DNA from: Thraustochytrium aureum
Lineage: Eukaryota
Length of the DNA stretch: 62,564 bases
Direction: 5' to 3'
Assembly (NCBI GenBank): GCA_012862495.1
Contig: BLSG01000084.1
Span: 228,838-291,401, forward strand
This document shows, piece by piece, positions 1 to 11,667 of this stretch. The notes below the pieces were generated by a model. It worked only from the letters and a program-made list of their open reading frames with translations, did no database searches and was not told the origin of the DNA. Positions within the stretch are counted from its first letter, which is position 1. Each line of letters opens with the position of its first letter. Position numbers and translations under genes: made by a program.

Positions 1-475
1 CACAGCAGGCCAACAGGAACCGACACAGGCGACTCATCTGCAAGCGCATTGTCCTCGCGGCGCGCGTCAGTAGGTAGAGTACCTAGCTCTAGCTAGAGAG
101 CGTAAAAGCTACGTAGATTTCACGTGAACCACCAAACTATGGCTTCGAGCGGTTGCTCAACAGCGAGCAAGAGCGACTAGTGGCGAGTTCCGACCCTCGG
201 CGCTATCATCGCGGAAAGGAGGCCGTCTCGGCTGCACAGGCAAGCCGCGGGGATTTGCCATTAGGACGGGCGGCTAACAGCGAGGCCTTGAGCAGGCCAG
301 GCAACAGGTATGTGCCCGCTCCTTCGCGTACTGGTGCCGGTAACTCTCTGCGTAGTTGTGTGCGCTGAGTCCTTCAGCAGAAAAGGCATCAGGGCACTGT
401 GCCTGGCCTTCACCTGGGTCCCTACCGGACTCGCGCGCGGCGCGCTTGGCTCCTCACCTTGCCCGAATCAGCACA

Positions 476-2289
476 CTAGTAGCCAATGCTGGAGAGGCAC
501 TCCTTGAAGCGGTTGAGTGTGAGGGGCCCGTCGGCTTGGCGCGCCATCTCAATGACGACGAGCAGCTTCTTGATCGCGATCGGGAGCGTGCAGTTGTTGG
601 CAATGAGCTCGAGCTGATCGGCCTCGACCTCCAAGGCGCTGCTCTGGGCTTGCATGAGGTGCTCGAGCACGCACGAAATCTCTGTCGCGTCTTGCAGCAG
701 CGGGAGGGCAAGCTCGACGTTGAAGACCTCCACAAGGCCAAGGTCGGAGAGCAAGTGCGGGACCGCAGTGGTGCCCACGACCATGAGGCGACGGTCCTCG
801 CGCGGAGGGGGCTTGTTGATGAGCACAAGGAGGGCCTGGAGCACCGCGTTGGAAAAGTGCGGGCCGATAGGCACGTAGCCGATGATCCGCTCGATGTCGT
901 CGAGCACGATGAGCGAGGAGGGCGACTTGTAGGCGTCCTCGAAGACGCTGGCGATGTGCGAGCACTTTTGCGCGTCGCCCATCCCAAGCATGGCGTCGGC
1001 CGTTATGAGTTTGGTGAACGGAAAGCCCGACTCGGTCGCCATCTTGGCAAGCAGCGCGGTCTTGCCGCTGCCTTTGGAGCCAGAGAGCAGCACGGAGAGC
1101 AAGGGCGTGCGCGCCGAGGTCTGGCTCTGCAGCGCAAGCGCGCCGAGCGTGGTTTGCAGGTGCTGAAAGCCCGCGCTAAAGTTGATGATCCCGTTGCGGT
1201 AGAGACCCTTGAGCTCCTCCTCGCCTTGCACGCCGAAGGCGGGGTGCACCTCGTCGAGGGCGTTGACAAAGTCGCTGCCAGTGACCACGATGCTGTCCGC
1301 GTTCATGAGCTTGCTGAGGTCCTCCGTGTTGATGTGGCGCTGCGTGGCGAACGAGACGGCCGACTTTACGAGGCCCTCGATCTCGGCCCCGGAAAAGTTT
1401 TTCGTCTCTTTGGCAAGAAACTCGAGGTCGACGTCCGCGCCTAGGCAGTTGCCCTCGCGCATGCTTTTGGTGTGGATGTGGAGAATCTGGCCGCGTCCTT
1501 CCTCGCTGGGGAGCCCGATCTCGATCTGGACCTCAAAGCGACCTGGGCGCAGCAGCGCTGTGTCGATCATGTCGAGCCGGTTGGTCATGCCGATGAGCAG
1601 GACGTTGTTGAGCGAGTTGACCCCGTCGATTTTGGCGAGGAGCTGGTTGACAACCGAGTCGCCGACCCCGGTGCCGTCGCGCTTTGCGCCGCGCTGGCGG
1701 CAAATGGCATCGATCTCGTCAAAGATGATGACGTGGAGCTCGCTCTCGTCGCCGGCGGCCATCTGCTCCTCCTCGGCCTCGGCGAAGAGCTCGCGGACGT
1801 TTTTCTCGCTGTCGCCGACGTATTTGCTGAGGATCTCGGGCCCGCTGACCACCTTTGGCTCGCGCGCAGTCTCGCCACCCTGCAGCACCTTGCTGATCTG
1901 GCGCGCGATGAGCGTCTTGCCGCACCCGGGCGGGCCGAAGAGCATCATGCCGCGCACGTGCTTGATGCCCAGCTTGCGCACCACTTCGGGCGGCAGGATG
2001 CGCGAGACGAACGCGCGGCGAAAGATGTCGCCAAACTCGCGGTTCAGGCCGCCAATCCCCAGCCGCTGAAAGTCGGTGTCGATCATGTTGCTTGCCGACC
2101 GACGCTGCACTTGGCCGGTGAGCCGCAGCGGGGCGTCACCCTGCTTGTTGAAAGTCATTTGCGTCGAGGAGGTCAGCACCCCGCCTGCTCCGGCGCGCAG
2201 GGCATTGACCACCGCAGAGCCCTCTTCGGCGCCGCCTTGGGCCGCCGCCGCCGCGCGCGACGGGGCTTGCTGCTCTTGGTTGCCGCCCG
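476..2289 (-). CDS. NSF: Vesicle-fusing AAA+ ATPase NSF/Sec18 (D1+D2 domains; 5' part lies in the N-gap)
   Basis: NSF signature GIGGLNREFGDIFRRAFVSRILPPEVV, Walker A GPPGCGKT, Walker B IIFDEID, SRH TNRLDMIDTALLRPGRFE, second Walker A GSKGSGKT and IGPHFSNAVLQAL; stop at 476. Confidence 0.96.
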
Positions 2290-3116
2290 NNNNNNNNNNN
2301 NNNNNNNNNNNNNNNNNNNNNNNNNNNNNNNNNNNNNNNNNNNNNNNNNNNNNNNNNNNNNNNNNNNNNNNNNNNNNNNNNNNNNNNNNNNNNNNNNNNN
2401 NNNNNNNNNNNNNNNNNNNNNNNNNNNNNNNNNNNNNNNNNNNNNNNNNNNNNNNNNNNNNNNNNNNNNNNNNNNNNNNNNNNNNNNNNNNNNNNNNNNN
2501 NNNNNNNNNNNNNNNNNNNNNNNNNNNNNNNNNNNNNNNNNNNNNNNNNNNNNNNNNNNNNNNNNNNNNNNNNNNNNNNNNNNNNNNNNNNNNNNNNNNN
2601 NNNNNNNNNNNNNNNNNNNNNNNNNNNNNNNNNNNNNNNNNNNNNNNNNNNNNNNNNNNNNNNNNNNNNNNNNNNNNNNNNNNNNNNNNNNNNNNNNNNN
2701 NNNNNNNNNNNNNNNNNNNNNNNNNNNNNNNNNNNNNNNNNNNNNNNNNNNNNNNNNNNNNNNNNNNNNNNNNNNNNNNNNNNNNNNNNNNNNNNNNNNN
2801 NNNNNNNNNNNNNNNNNNNNNNNNNNNNNNNNNNNNNNNNNNNNNNNNNNNNNNNNNNNNNNNNNNNNNNNNNNNNNNNNNNNNNNNNNNNNNNNNNNNN
2901 NNNNNNNNNNNNNNNNNNNNNNNNNNNNNNNNNNNNNNNNNNNNNNNNNNNNNNNNNNNNNNNNNNNNNNNNNNNNNNNNNNNNNNNNNNNNNNNNNNNN
3001 NNNNNNNNNNNNNNNNNNNNNNNNNNNNNNNNNNNNNNNNNNNNNNNNNNNNNNNNNNNNNNNNNNNNNNNNNNNNNNNNNNNNNNNNNNNNNNNNNNNN
3101 NNNNNNNNNNNNNNGG

Positions 3117-3744
3117 CCGAGGCTGATCACGAACAACGAGGTGCTCGAGCTCGTGCAGGAGCGGCAGCGGCTGCACCGCGCGTTCAATAAGGAGGACAGG
3201 GACTACAGCGTGGAGCTCTTGTTTACCTCGCTGCGGCACAACCTGATGAATGCCAACGGGATGGGCGACGTGCCGAGGACGGCCGCTGGGGAGGTGGACG
3301 AGGCGGACACTTGCGCGCCGCTGCCGCACGAGGCGGTGGTCGCCTTCGTGGAGAAGGTCCGCGAGGCCGCCGAACGCATGAACGGCCAAGGGGCGTACCC
3401 GGGCGGCGTGACGCTGCTCGAGTCGGAGATTCTGCAGCTGATCAACCTGCGCCCCAGTATCACGGGGTTGCTCCACCTGGTGCGTTGCGCATTTGTGACC
3501 GGTGGTTTGCTCGCTGGCTCGCTTGCTTGCTCGCTTGCGATTGCTGACCGCGTGCGCGGATGTGGTGGTGGGTGGTGCGCTTGTGCTGCTGCAGATCGTG
3601 CCGGACCGCGGCTCGGACGAGGCGCCATGGATCACAGACGAGGACTACTTGACCATCAAGCAGCTGATCGCCGAGAACCTGCACCCCGGGCCGGCAGCGG
3701 CCGCGCCCCTCGCTACTGACGGCGAGGAGGCAGAGATGCCATGA
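3117..3744 (+). CDS. RNA polymerase III subunit RPC9/C17-like (Rpb4/HRDC-like family), 5' end in gap, intron 3480-3594
   Basis: LITNNEVLELV and LLESEILQLINLRP..LLHL|IVPD...ITDEDYLTIKQLI resemble the RPC9 motifs LSNYEV and LTKAEKLQLLNHRP. A phase-0 intron GTGCGT...CTGCAG joins the two ORF-track pieces in frame. Confidence 0.72.
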
Positions 3745-3901
3745 CGGAAGCCTCTTCAGAGAGTCGCGCGGCTCTCCGCAAGCTACTCGCTTGACGATGG
3801 GACAGTTGTTGCTTTGGAAATGAATATGATTACTTGAACCATGCGGGGGCCTGCACAGCACTCGACGCGACAGCGCTGCTCGTTGCGTGCAAGAGGGAGA
3901 G

Positions 3902-4267
3902 TCATGCCCGCGGCACGCTCGTCTTGACTTTGATGGAGTGCATGCCAGCAATCTCTTCCTTGAGGATGTCGTGCACAACGCGCGCCTGCTGGATGCGCGG
4001 CATGCCTTCGAAAAAGGGGGAGGTAACCTTGACGTCGTAGGCGCTGCCGCAGCCTCCCGAAACGTCCTCGACCTTGGCAACTGTCCCGTTGCCCAGCTGC
4101 GCGCTCAGCTTGTGCACCATCTCGGCCTCGACGGAGCCGGCCGGCGGCGCGCCGCTCAAGCTCCGGGCGAGCGGCCGCTGCAGAAGGCGCACAGTGGGCC
4201 GCGCCACGGCGCTTGGCTTCGAGGCGAAGGCGCTCGTCGTCAAGGCGAAGGCGGTCCTAATCATCAT
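3902..4267 (-). CDS. BolA family protein (BOLA3-like) with probable mitochondrial presequence
   Basis: EDVSGGCGSAYDVKVTSPFFEG..IQQARVVHDILKEEIAGMHSIKVKT; Arg/Ser/Ala-rich acid-free N-terminus from ATG 4267. Confidence 0.9.
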   Translation of the reverse strand: MMIRTAFALTTSAFASKPSAVARPTVRLLQRPLARSLSGAPPAGSVEAEMVHKLSAQLGNGTVAKVEDVSGGCGSAYDVKVTSPFFEGMPRIQQARVVHDILKEEIAGMHSIKVKTSVPRA

Positions 4268-7159
4268 GCCGCGTGCCGCGGAGGCGCCGTTTCTCCCAGC
4301 TGCACGAGTACTTGTATCGCAGGCCTCGTTGCGTTGCCTTGTCTGCACGCCCAGAGCCCAGAGCGAGTTCTCGAAGCTCCCTGCGCTGGGCGAGCAGGGC
4401 ATGATTCCTTGTTCATGCTAAAGAACGGTTCGTTGTTTGTCGCTCAAGTTGGGAANNNNNNNNNNNNNNNNNNNNNNNNNNNNNNNNNNNNNNNNNNNNN
4501 NNNNNNNNNNNNNNNNNNNNNNNNNNNNNNNNNNNNNNNNNNNNNNNNNNNNNNNNNNNNNNNNNNNNNNNNNNNNNNNNNNNNNNNNNNNNNNNNNNNN
4601 NNNNNNNNNNNNNNNNNNNNNNNNNNNNNNNNNNNNNNNNNNNNNNNNNNGAGCGAGCGCCACAACGCGTTTCGTACCTACTCCTTATTCTCTCCTGGTG
4701 TGGATGCGGTGGCCTTGCTGCTGTTGGACAGGGCCAGGAGCTGTTGGACACGCCGTCCTGCTGTTGGACACGGCCACAACAACCTCCACGCCCCGCGCGC
4801 GCGGAATCTCTGGCAGCAGGCAGGGCCTCGTCTTCCATTTGCAGAGGAATCTATCTATCATGGCTCAATCAATCACAGGCTATCGAAGTCGAAAATTGCT
4901 TCTCTGCCTGGCCAGCCAACGCGTGTCAGACGAAGGCTCAAAAGCTGGCGGCAGTTGATTCGGCGGCGACGCTGGCGGGCGCGAGGCCAGCCGAATCAAA
5001 AAACCTCGTCTGTGGGCCGGTTCACCAGCCTCAGCTCGGCAGCGTTCCAACAACTTGAGCGACCAGAGAGCACCTCAAGCAGCCAGCTCAATCAACAGCA
5101 CAACGTCATTCGCGCTCGCTCGCTCGCTTGCTTGCTTCCTCGCTTGCTTGCTTGCGAGCAGCGAGGCGCGCAGCATGACGGCCGTGTGGAGGACGCGCCT
5201 CTGGCGGCGCGAGTTGGCGCAGGAATCAAGGCCGAGATGCAGCAGCAGAGAGCCGCCCGCACGGCTCCGAGGTTGCGTCGCTGCTGGCAAGCCGCGGCGG
5301 TGTGCGCCAAACGACGGCTGTTGTACTTCCATTGCGCCTCCCCCGCTGCCGCAAACCGCAAGGCCGCTGCATCCCCGCATGGCGGCCGCGTGTCGCCCTC
5401 GGCCATCTTGCGCCGCCCAACAAGCCAACGTTTGAAGCCAAGGCCACCGAACAAACAACAAACAATGGACGAGTGAAAAAAGGAAGAAATGGGAAAAAGG
5501 CCAGAATCGCAACCTCAAGGTTGACCTTGGAAGCGGAAGGAGGAGGAAGGAGCCGCGCCGCCCCGAATCCTCCGAAACTCAAGTTTACTTACTTACTCAG
5601 GGCGTTCGGAGGACTGACGAGTCGTCAAAGTGCAGGTGCGGCGCCCACCTCACAGCAAACGGCGACCAGGAACCGCTAGGAACTGCGGAGCCCAGAGGAA
5701 AGAAACGCGAGAAACACGCCCGAGGAGGCCCTGAGCGGCCGGTGCCTGCGGGTGGAGTGGAAGCAAACGTTCGACTGTGAGGGTATACCATGTTACAAAA
5801 CGGAGGGAAAGCGCAGTCAAGGGGAACCGGTCTCGGTGCGTGTTTTCCCTTCGAGGACCGTCCGACGTCCGAGAAGCGGCGAGGGCGAGTGCTATGACTT
5901 GCAAGGCAAACGAATCATTTGATTATGGCGACACGGGCGCGAGCGCTGGTCGATCCAGCAGGCTGATACGGGCTGGCACGGGCGGGGCGTGACAGCGCGC
6001 ACGGCAGGCCGACGATCTCATTTCAGCGCGGGATAGATAGATCGCATGATTCATTGCAGGTCGGGCCTGGTTGGCGATCTTCATGACGTCAAATTGATCC
6101 TGACGCCTATCATGAGCCTGAGATTGCTTTACCAAGGAGGATCTGACTTGGTTTTACAAACCAAACCAACGACAGGCTTGCGCGCGAGAGCGACGCGCGA
6201 CCGTGACAGGCAGGCATTTGAACTTCTTTTTTTTGATTTGAAAAAAGTTCAGTTTTGGTCGAAATCCAACCCATGCAAACAGATCGATCGATCGATGAAG
6301 CGCCGCGGCCGGCGCCCGGGCGTCAGCAGCGCGGCCGACCGCAATCACAGGCCGGCGGCGTTGAATCTCATCATCACTTCCAGCCATCCTCCCGCCTCGC
6401 GCTTACCGGGATGCTGGTGGCTGGCTTGAGGCGGGCGCGTCTCAGGCCGTGTCAGTTGGCTGGGCGACGGACAGCCGACGTCCGGGCCTTGACCAGGCCA
6501 TTCATCGCCCACTTACGGACAACCTGCTCCAGCAGCGCAGCCGTACCAGCTCGTAGGTAGAGTAGCAGGAAAGCTTCGAATCCCTGGGCGGGGGCTCGGG
6601 TTGTCCTCTGCGAAGCAGCCCGCAAACTTTGAAGCAGCCTGTAAAGCAGCCGAGCTCGCTGTGAGGCAGGGACATGTTTTGTTTCCATCCAAGAACGCGT
6701 CCGTTGGTTTGGAGTCCGTAGATCTCCAGCTGGCCGGGTGGACGCGGCGGCGGAGAGAGGCGAGTCCAGGCCCGTTACACCCCTGCTTTTGCCGAAAGCG
6801 CCGCAACTCTTGAGGCGGCGCTAGCCTACGTACCACAAATATACTTTCAAGAGCGGCTTTTGATCCCGCTTCCCCCTGTGAGGGCGCAAATGCGAGCTGA
6901 GAGGGCGCCAGAGCCTGGCTGCCTCCTCGCTGCTCTCAGTGAAGTAAGTGGCGACCGGAAAAAAACGGACTCGAGGGAGGAGGAAGGGGAGCGCATCACT
7001 CGCGCACGACCCACATACTCTCACTAGCTAGAGAGTAGAGTAGAGTACTTACAACGGGGCGGCGAGAAAACGGACACCCGGCAGCGCCCCCTCTCAGCGG
7101 AACACCCGCGAAACGCGAAAGCTTGCGCCCGTTCGCGATGGATTCGAAATCCCCGAGGC

Positions 7160-7297
7160 GGTCTTCCGCGTCGGCTCTCAGGGCCCTGGGCAGCAGCTCT
7201 CAGGGGGTCTTCCGCGACGCCCTCAGGGCCTGGGCAGCTGCCCTAAGGGGGTCTTCCCCATCGGCCCTCAGGGCCCTGGGCAGCGGCCCTCAGGGCC
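7160..7297. repeat. Degenerate tandem repeat, 3 x ~44-46 bp
   Basis: Units begin GGTCTTCC at 7160, 7206 and 7250, and each contains CTCAGGGCC(C)TGGGCAGC. Confidence 0.8.
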
Positions 7298-7625
7298 CCG
7301 CCCCGGCCGGGGAGTGCTGGAGGCGTGGAGTTTAGCAGGATGGATGGGTGGACGTCACCGCAGCGCCTCTGAAAACGTCCGTTCGGCGCTTTCTTTGTAG
7401 AGCAGCAAAGTGCGGTTATTTTTCCTGTTTTCTGTAGATGAGCGCGGGTGCTGTGTCTGCCTGCAGCAGACCCCAAACAGGACAGGTGCACGCGCTTTTC
7501 AGCAAGCAGGACAAGTAGGAGGCAGGCAGGCAGGCAGGCAGGCCCTCATTGCGCTGCTTTGTTGACCATCGCCGGCCGCCAGAGCAGCCCGGAGAAGAAG
7601 GAGGAGACGCGCGGGGCGGGAGAGG

Positions 7626-8650
7626 ATGTGCAGGATCAGCGGCGCGGCCAGCGGCCGGCTCGCCGTGACCGCCGCGCCGGCGGCCAAGAGCAACCTGCTG
7701 CTGGCGCCGCAGTATGGGGAGCAAGAGCAGGAGGAGGACCTCGACGAGCTCGTGGCGCTCCTGTTCGGCGCGCAAGGACAGGATATTGGCCCGGATATGG
7801 ATCTTGACTGCGCCAAGATGGAGTCCGAGCCGCTCGACGCGAGCGCCTCCTCGCCCTTCGCGGACACCGACTCGGACGACCTGCAGTCGGAGAGCGNNNN
7901 NNNNNNNNNNNNNNNNNNNNNNNNNNNNNNNNNNNNNNNNNNNNNNNNNNNNNNNNNNNNNNNNNNNNNNNNNNNNNNNNNNNNNNNNNNNNNNNNNNNN
8001 NNNNNNNNNNNNNNNNNNNNNNNNNNNNNNNNNNNNNNNNNNNNNNNNNNNNNNNNNNNNNNNNNNNNNNNNNNNNNNNNNNNNNNNNNNNNNNNNNNNN
8101 NNNNNNNNNNNNNNNNNNNNNNNNNNNNNNNNNNNNNNNNNNNNNNNNNNNNNNNNNNNNNNNNNNNNNNNNNNNNNNNNNNNNNNNNNNNNNNNNNNNN
8201 NNNNNNNNNNNNNNNNNNNNNNNNNNNNNNNNNNNNNNNNNNNNNNNNNNNNNNNNNNNNNNNNNNNNNNNNNNNNNNNNNNNNNNNNNNNNNNNNNNNN
8301 NNNNNNNNNNNNNNNNNNNNNNNNNNNNNNNNNNNNNNNNNNNNNNNNNNNNNNNNNNNNNNNNNNNNNNNNNNNNNNNNNNNNNNNNNNNNNNNNNNNN
8401 NNNNNNNNNNNNNNNNNNNNNNNNNNNNNNNNNNNNNNNNNNNNNNNNNNNNNNNNNNNNCCCCAAGACCGTCTTCAACCTCATGCAGCCTGGGCCTCCC
8501 AAGATGACGAACGGGTCGGTCAAGTCGCACCTTCAAAAGTACCGGGCCAACTGCCGCCCGACGCACCGCCAGTTCGTGCACCAGTTTGGCCCGAGCCGCG
8601 GCACGCGTCAGGCTATTGACGGCCTTGAGATGCTCCGCACGACTGCCTGA
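7626..8650 (+). CDS. GARP/G2-like (SHAQKY-class) MYB transcription factor, middle in N-gap
   Basis: Frame starting at 8462 (not in ORF track) reads PKTVFNLMQPGPPKMTNGSVKSHLQKYRAN...TA* (TGA 8648-8650). Acidic N-terminal ORF from ATG 7626 before the gap. The join across the gap is inferred. Confidence 0.8.
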
Positions 8651-9074
8651 GCACCCTGAGACCCTGTTTTCTGAATTGATTCCCTGCCCATGACACATGC
8701 ACACTATCTCTTACTTTTCTTGCTGCTCTCTTTTTCTTTTCATAGTGTCCACACCGTGACTGACGGTGAACAGCAGATAGTCTCGATGCGTAGAGACTGG
8801 AACTTGCCGCCCAGCGCGAAATCAAGTGGACAAGGGAGCTAGCTGCCAAGACGGACCGCAAGTGCGCAACAGCTTTCGCCAAGAGCTGTGCTTCAAAGAG
8901 TACGTATGGGGTAGGTACTCTGCTTGCCTTTTTGGTCGCGCTGCAGGCAAATCGGCGAGAAGATCACATACTCAGACACTATCTTATTGTCTTGCACGAT
9001 CTACATCGCCGAGTAAAGGGCCCGATCCGCCACCTCGCGCCACAAAGCGGCCGCGTTTGCTTCGGTCGGGCCGC

Positions 9075-10877
9075 TCACTGTGGCGCCTCGATGCTGAAGA
9101 GCGCGGCCATGCCGAGGTCAGAGTGGACCGAGTTGTGGCAGTGAAGCACGGCTACTCCGTCGTACGTGTCCGGGATCTGGCGGACGGTCGCGTCCGAGCC
9201 GAAAAACATTGGGATCGTGTCGCGGATGTCGCCTGCGCGAAAGAGAAGCCCACCCGTGGCCTCGTCCGAGTTTTGCAGCACAAAGTGGTTGACGTGCTGG
9301 TGGTGTGGGTGCTGCGAGCGCACGCCGGACGCCGCGGGAGGCTGAGCCGAGCGAACCTCCCACTGGAACGGAAGCCCGATGGTCAGGTTGGCAAACATGT
9401 AGTCTGCCGAGACCGCGAGCCGTTCACGGTCATGCTGCCGGCGGAATCCGAGTAGTCGACCGCAGTCGTCGTCTCCAGCGAAGCCANNNNNNNNNNNNNN
9501 NNNNNNNNNNNNNNNNNNNNNNNNNNNNNNNNNNNNNNNNNNNNNNNNNNNNNNNNNNNNNNNNNNNNNNNNNNNNNNNNNNNNNNNNNNNNNNNNNNNN
9601 NNNNNNNNNNNNNNNNNNNNNNNNNNNNNNNNNNNNNNNNNNNNNNNNNNNNNNNNNNNNNNNNNNNNNNNNNNNNNNNNNNNNNNNNNNNNNNNNNNNN
9701 NNNNNNNNNNNNNNNNNNNNNNNNNNNNNNNNNNNNNNNNNNNNNNNNNNNNNNNNNNNNNNNNNNNNNNNNNNNNNNNNNNNNNNNNNNNNNNNNNNNN
9801 NNNNNNNNNNNNNNNNCGACCACCTGCGTGTTGAGCTGCGCGAGTCCGTCGCAAGCGACTCCCAGACCGACCCGAGCGTAGCTGTGCGCTCGTCCGAAAC
9901 GGTGCTCAGGTGGAAGAGGCCCGGCTCGGAGCAGACGACCGCCACGTCTGCGCGCCCACCGCTCGGCACAAGGACTGCCTCAGTCTTGCGCGGGGCTGAA
10001 AGGTAGACTCCGTCGAGCGCAAGCAGCGTCATCGAGCATTTGTCAGCAGACTCGCCCGCCAAGAGGCCGAGGTGCACCAGGTCCTTGTCAAGGCCATTGA
10101 CGAAGCGGAAGCGCTTGGCCACCCAGAGCGCATGGGGGACTTTGGCTGGAACTGGCCGTTGGCCATGAGCAGGTTGCCAGTCACCTTGTTCGGGTTCTGA
10201 AGGCCGAGCTCCATGGTGCTCGTGCCGTTGTGGGCAAAGTCTTGGGCGAGTTTGTTCATGTAGAGCCCCTGCATGATGACGAGGGCCTCCTCCATGCGTT
10301 TGAAACCCGCGGGCATGGCGCTCGGCTCGTCCTCCACAATAAAGGCGCCTGCCAAAAGCGACTTGAGCTGCAGGCTCACGCTCCCGTGGTAATGGGGGTG
10401 GTAAAAGTTGGTCCCAGCCTGGTGCTTGGGGTGGATCTCGTACGCAAAGTCGAACGACTGGCCGGGTTCGATGCTGAGAGCAACGTTGTCTTGGCGGCCC
10501 ATGCTGCTCATGTGCATGCCGTGCAGATGCATGTTGGTCGTGTTGGGGGCGTGAAGCGTATTGTGAGGCGCGGCCGCCTCTGCGGCGGGGTCGTTCGGGC
10601 CCAGCTCGTTGCGAAGGTTCAGTTTGACCAGGTCGTTGGCGCGCACGCGAAACGTGGGACCCGGGAAGGCGCCGTCGTAGAGGCGGCTGTTGAACGAGAT
10701 GTTCATGGGCCCATGAACGCGTCCTTGCGTGATGGCGAGCGACGCCTCGAGTTTGCCGTGTGTTGACTGCAGAACGCGGGGCTCTTGCAGCCAGGGCTGG
10801 GGGTCCACGATTGGGGCGGCAGAGGCCGCTGCGATGGCTTGCGAAAGCGCAAGGGCGGCCGTGAGCTTGATCATCAT
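9075..10877 (-). CDS. Secreted three-domain multicopper oxidase (laccase/CueO-like); 1-nt frameshift at ~10123, internal gap
   Basis: Signal peptide MMIKLTAALALSQAIAAASA; all four Cu motifs are present: NMHLHG, FYHPHYHG, HPHHQHVNHF, LHCHNSVHSDLGM. Confidence 0.93.
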
Positions 10878-11012
10878 TTTCTTGCTGCTTGCGCTGCTGG
10901 CTGTTTGGCTGCTTGTTGGTCTTTGGCTTGCTTGTTGGTCTTTGGCTTGCTTGGTGGTCTTTGGCTTGCGGATTGGTCTTTGGCTTGCGGATTGGCTTGC
11001 TGTTGATTTGGC

Positions 11013-11049
11013 TTTGGTTTTGGTTTTGGTTTTGGTTTTGGTTTGGTTT
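11013..11049. repeat. (TTTTGG)n microsatellite within a TTGG/CTTG-rich tract upstream of the oxidase ATG
   Basis: Directly visible hexamer repeat. Confidence 0.8.
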
Positions 11050-11667
11050 GATCGGCCACGCTCGCGTTTCTGTAGCCGTGTTTCAATCTACTGCACCGCG
11101 CATCGCGTCGATCGATCCCGCAAGCGCTGCGTCGAGGACCAGCCGAGAGCACAGGAACCAACAAATCGTTTCGCCTGCAAGGGGCTATCGAGCACGTTTC
11201 CAATTAATCTCGTTGCTTTATCACAGAAGCAACGCATTAAATGTTTTCGAGTGCATAAAAATTCCGATTCCGGTCAAAACGCTTGCCTACCCCAATTCAG
11301 CTTACATCTCGGCCGACACGATTACCGCCCTCAGCACAATCGCACCGCATTGCCAAGCCGCGAAGACGAGCTGTCGAGAGGCCATACAAATGGCCTTCCA
11401 TGCCCACCGCACACCGTGCGCCAGTCGATATGAGTTGTTAGAAATGTAGGTGATGCCTTTCGTTTTGCTTGCGCCGGTTCAGCCCACACCTGACGAGAAT
11501 GGACTCTGCTTGGACTGCAGATTCAGTGGCGGCTGACGGCATCCGACTCGGCACGCAGCCGGCACGATCTAGGGTGGCCGTTCAGCTGGCCAGAGCACAC
11601 GCGGCCGCAGGGCATGAGTAAAAAATAATCAATCGGTCTGCGTTTGCGTTCTTCGCTGCGGTGGGCT

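Noticed and set aside
356..1444. Long plus-strand ORF (also 1209-2069, 11644-12888, 39670-41277)
   Set aside because: Antisense shadows of real genes, expected with high GC3 codon bias.
11013..11049. Telomere-like (TTTTGG)n
   Set aside because: Short, internal, and embedded in a TTGG-rich leader upstream of a gene.
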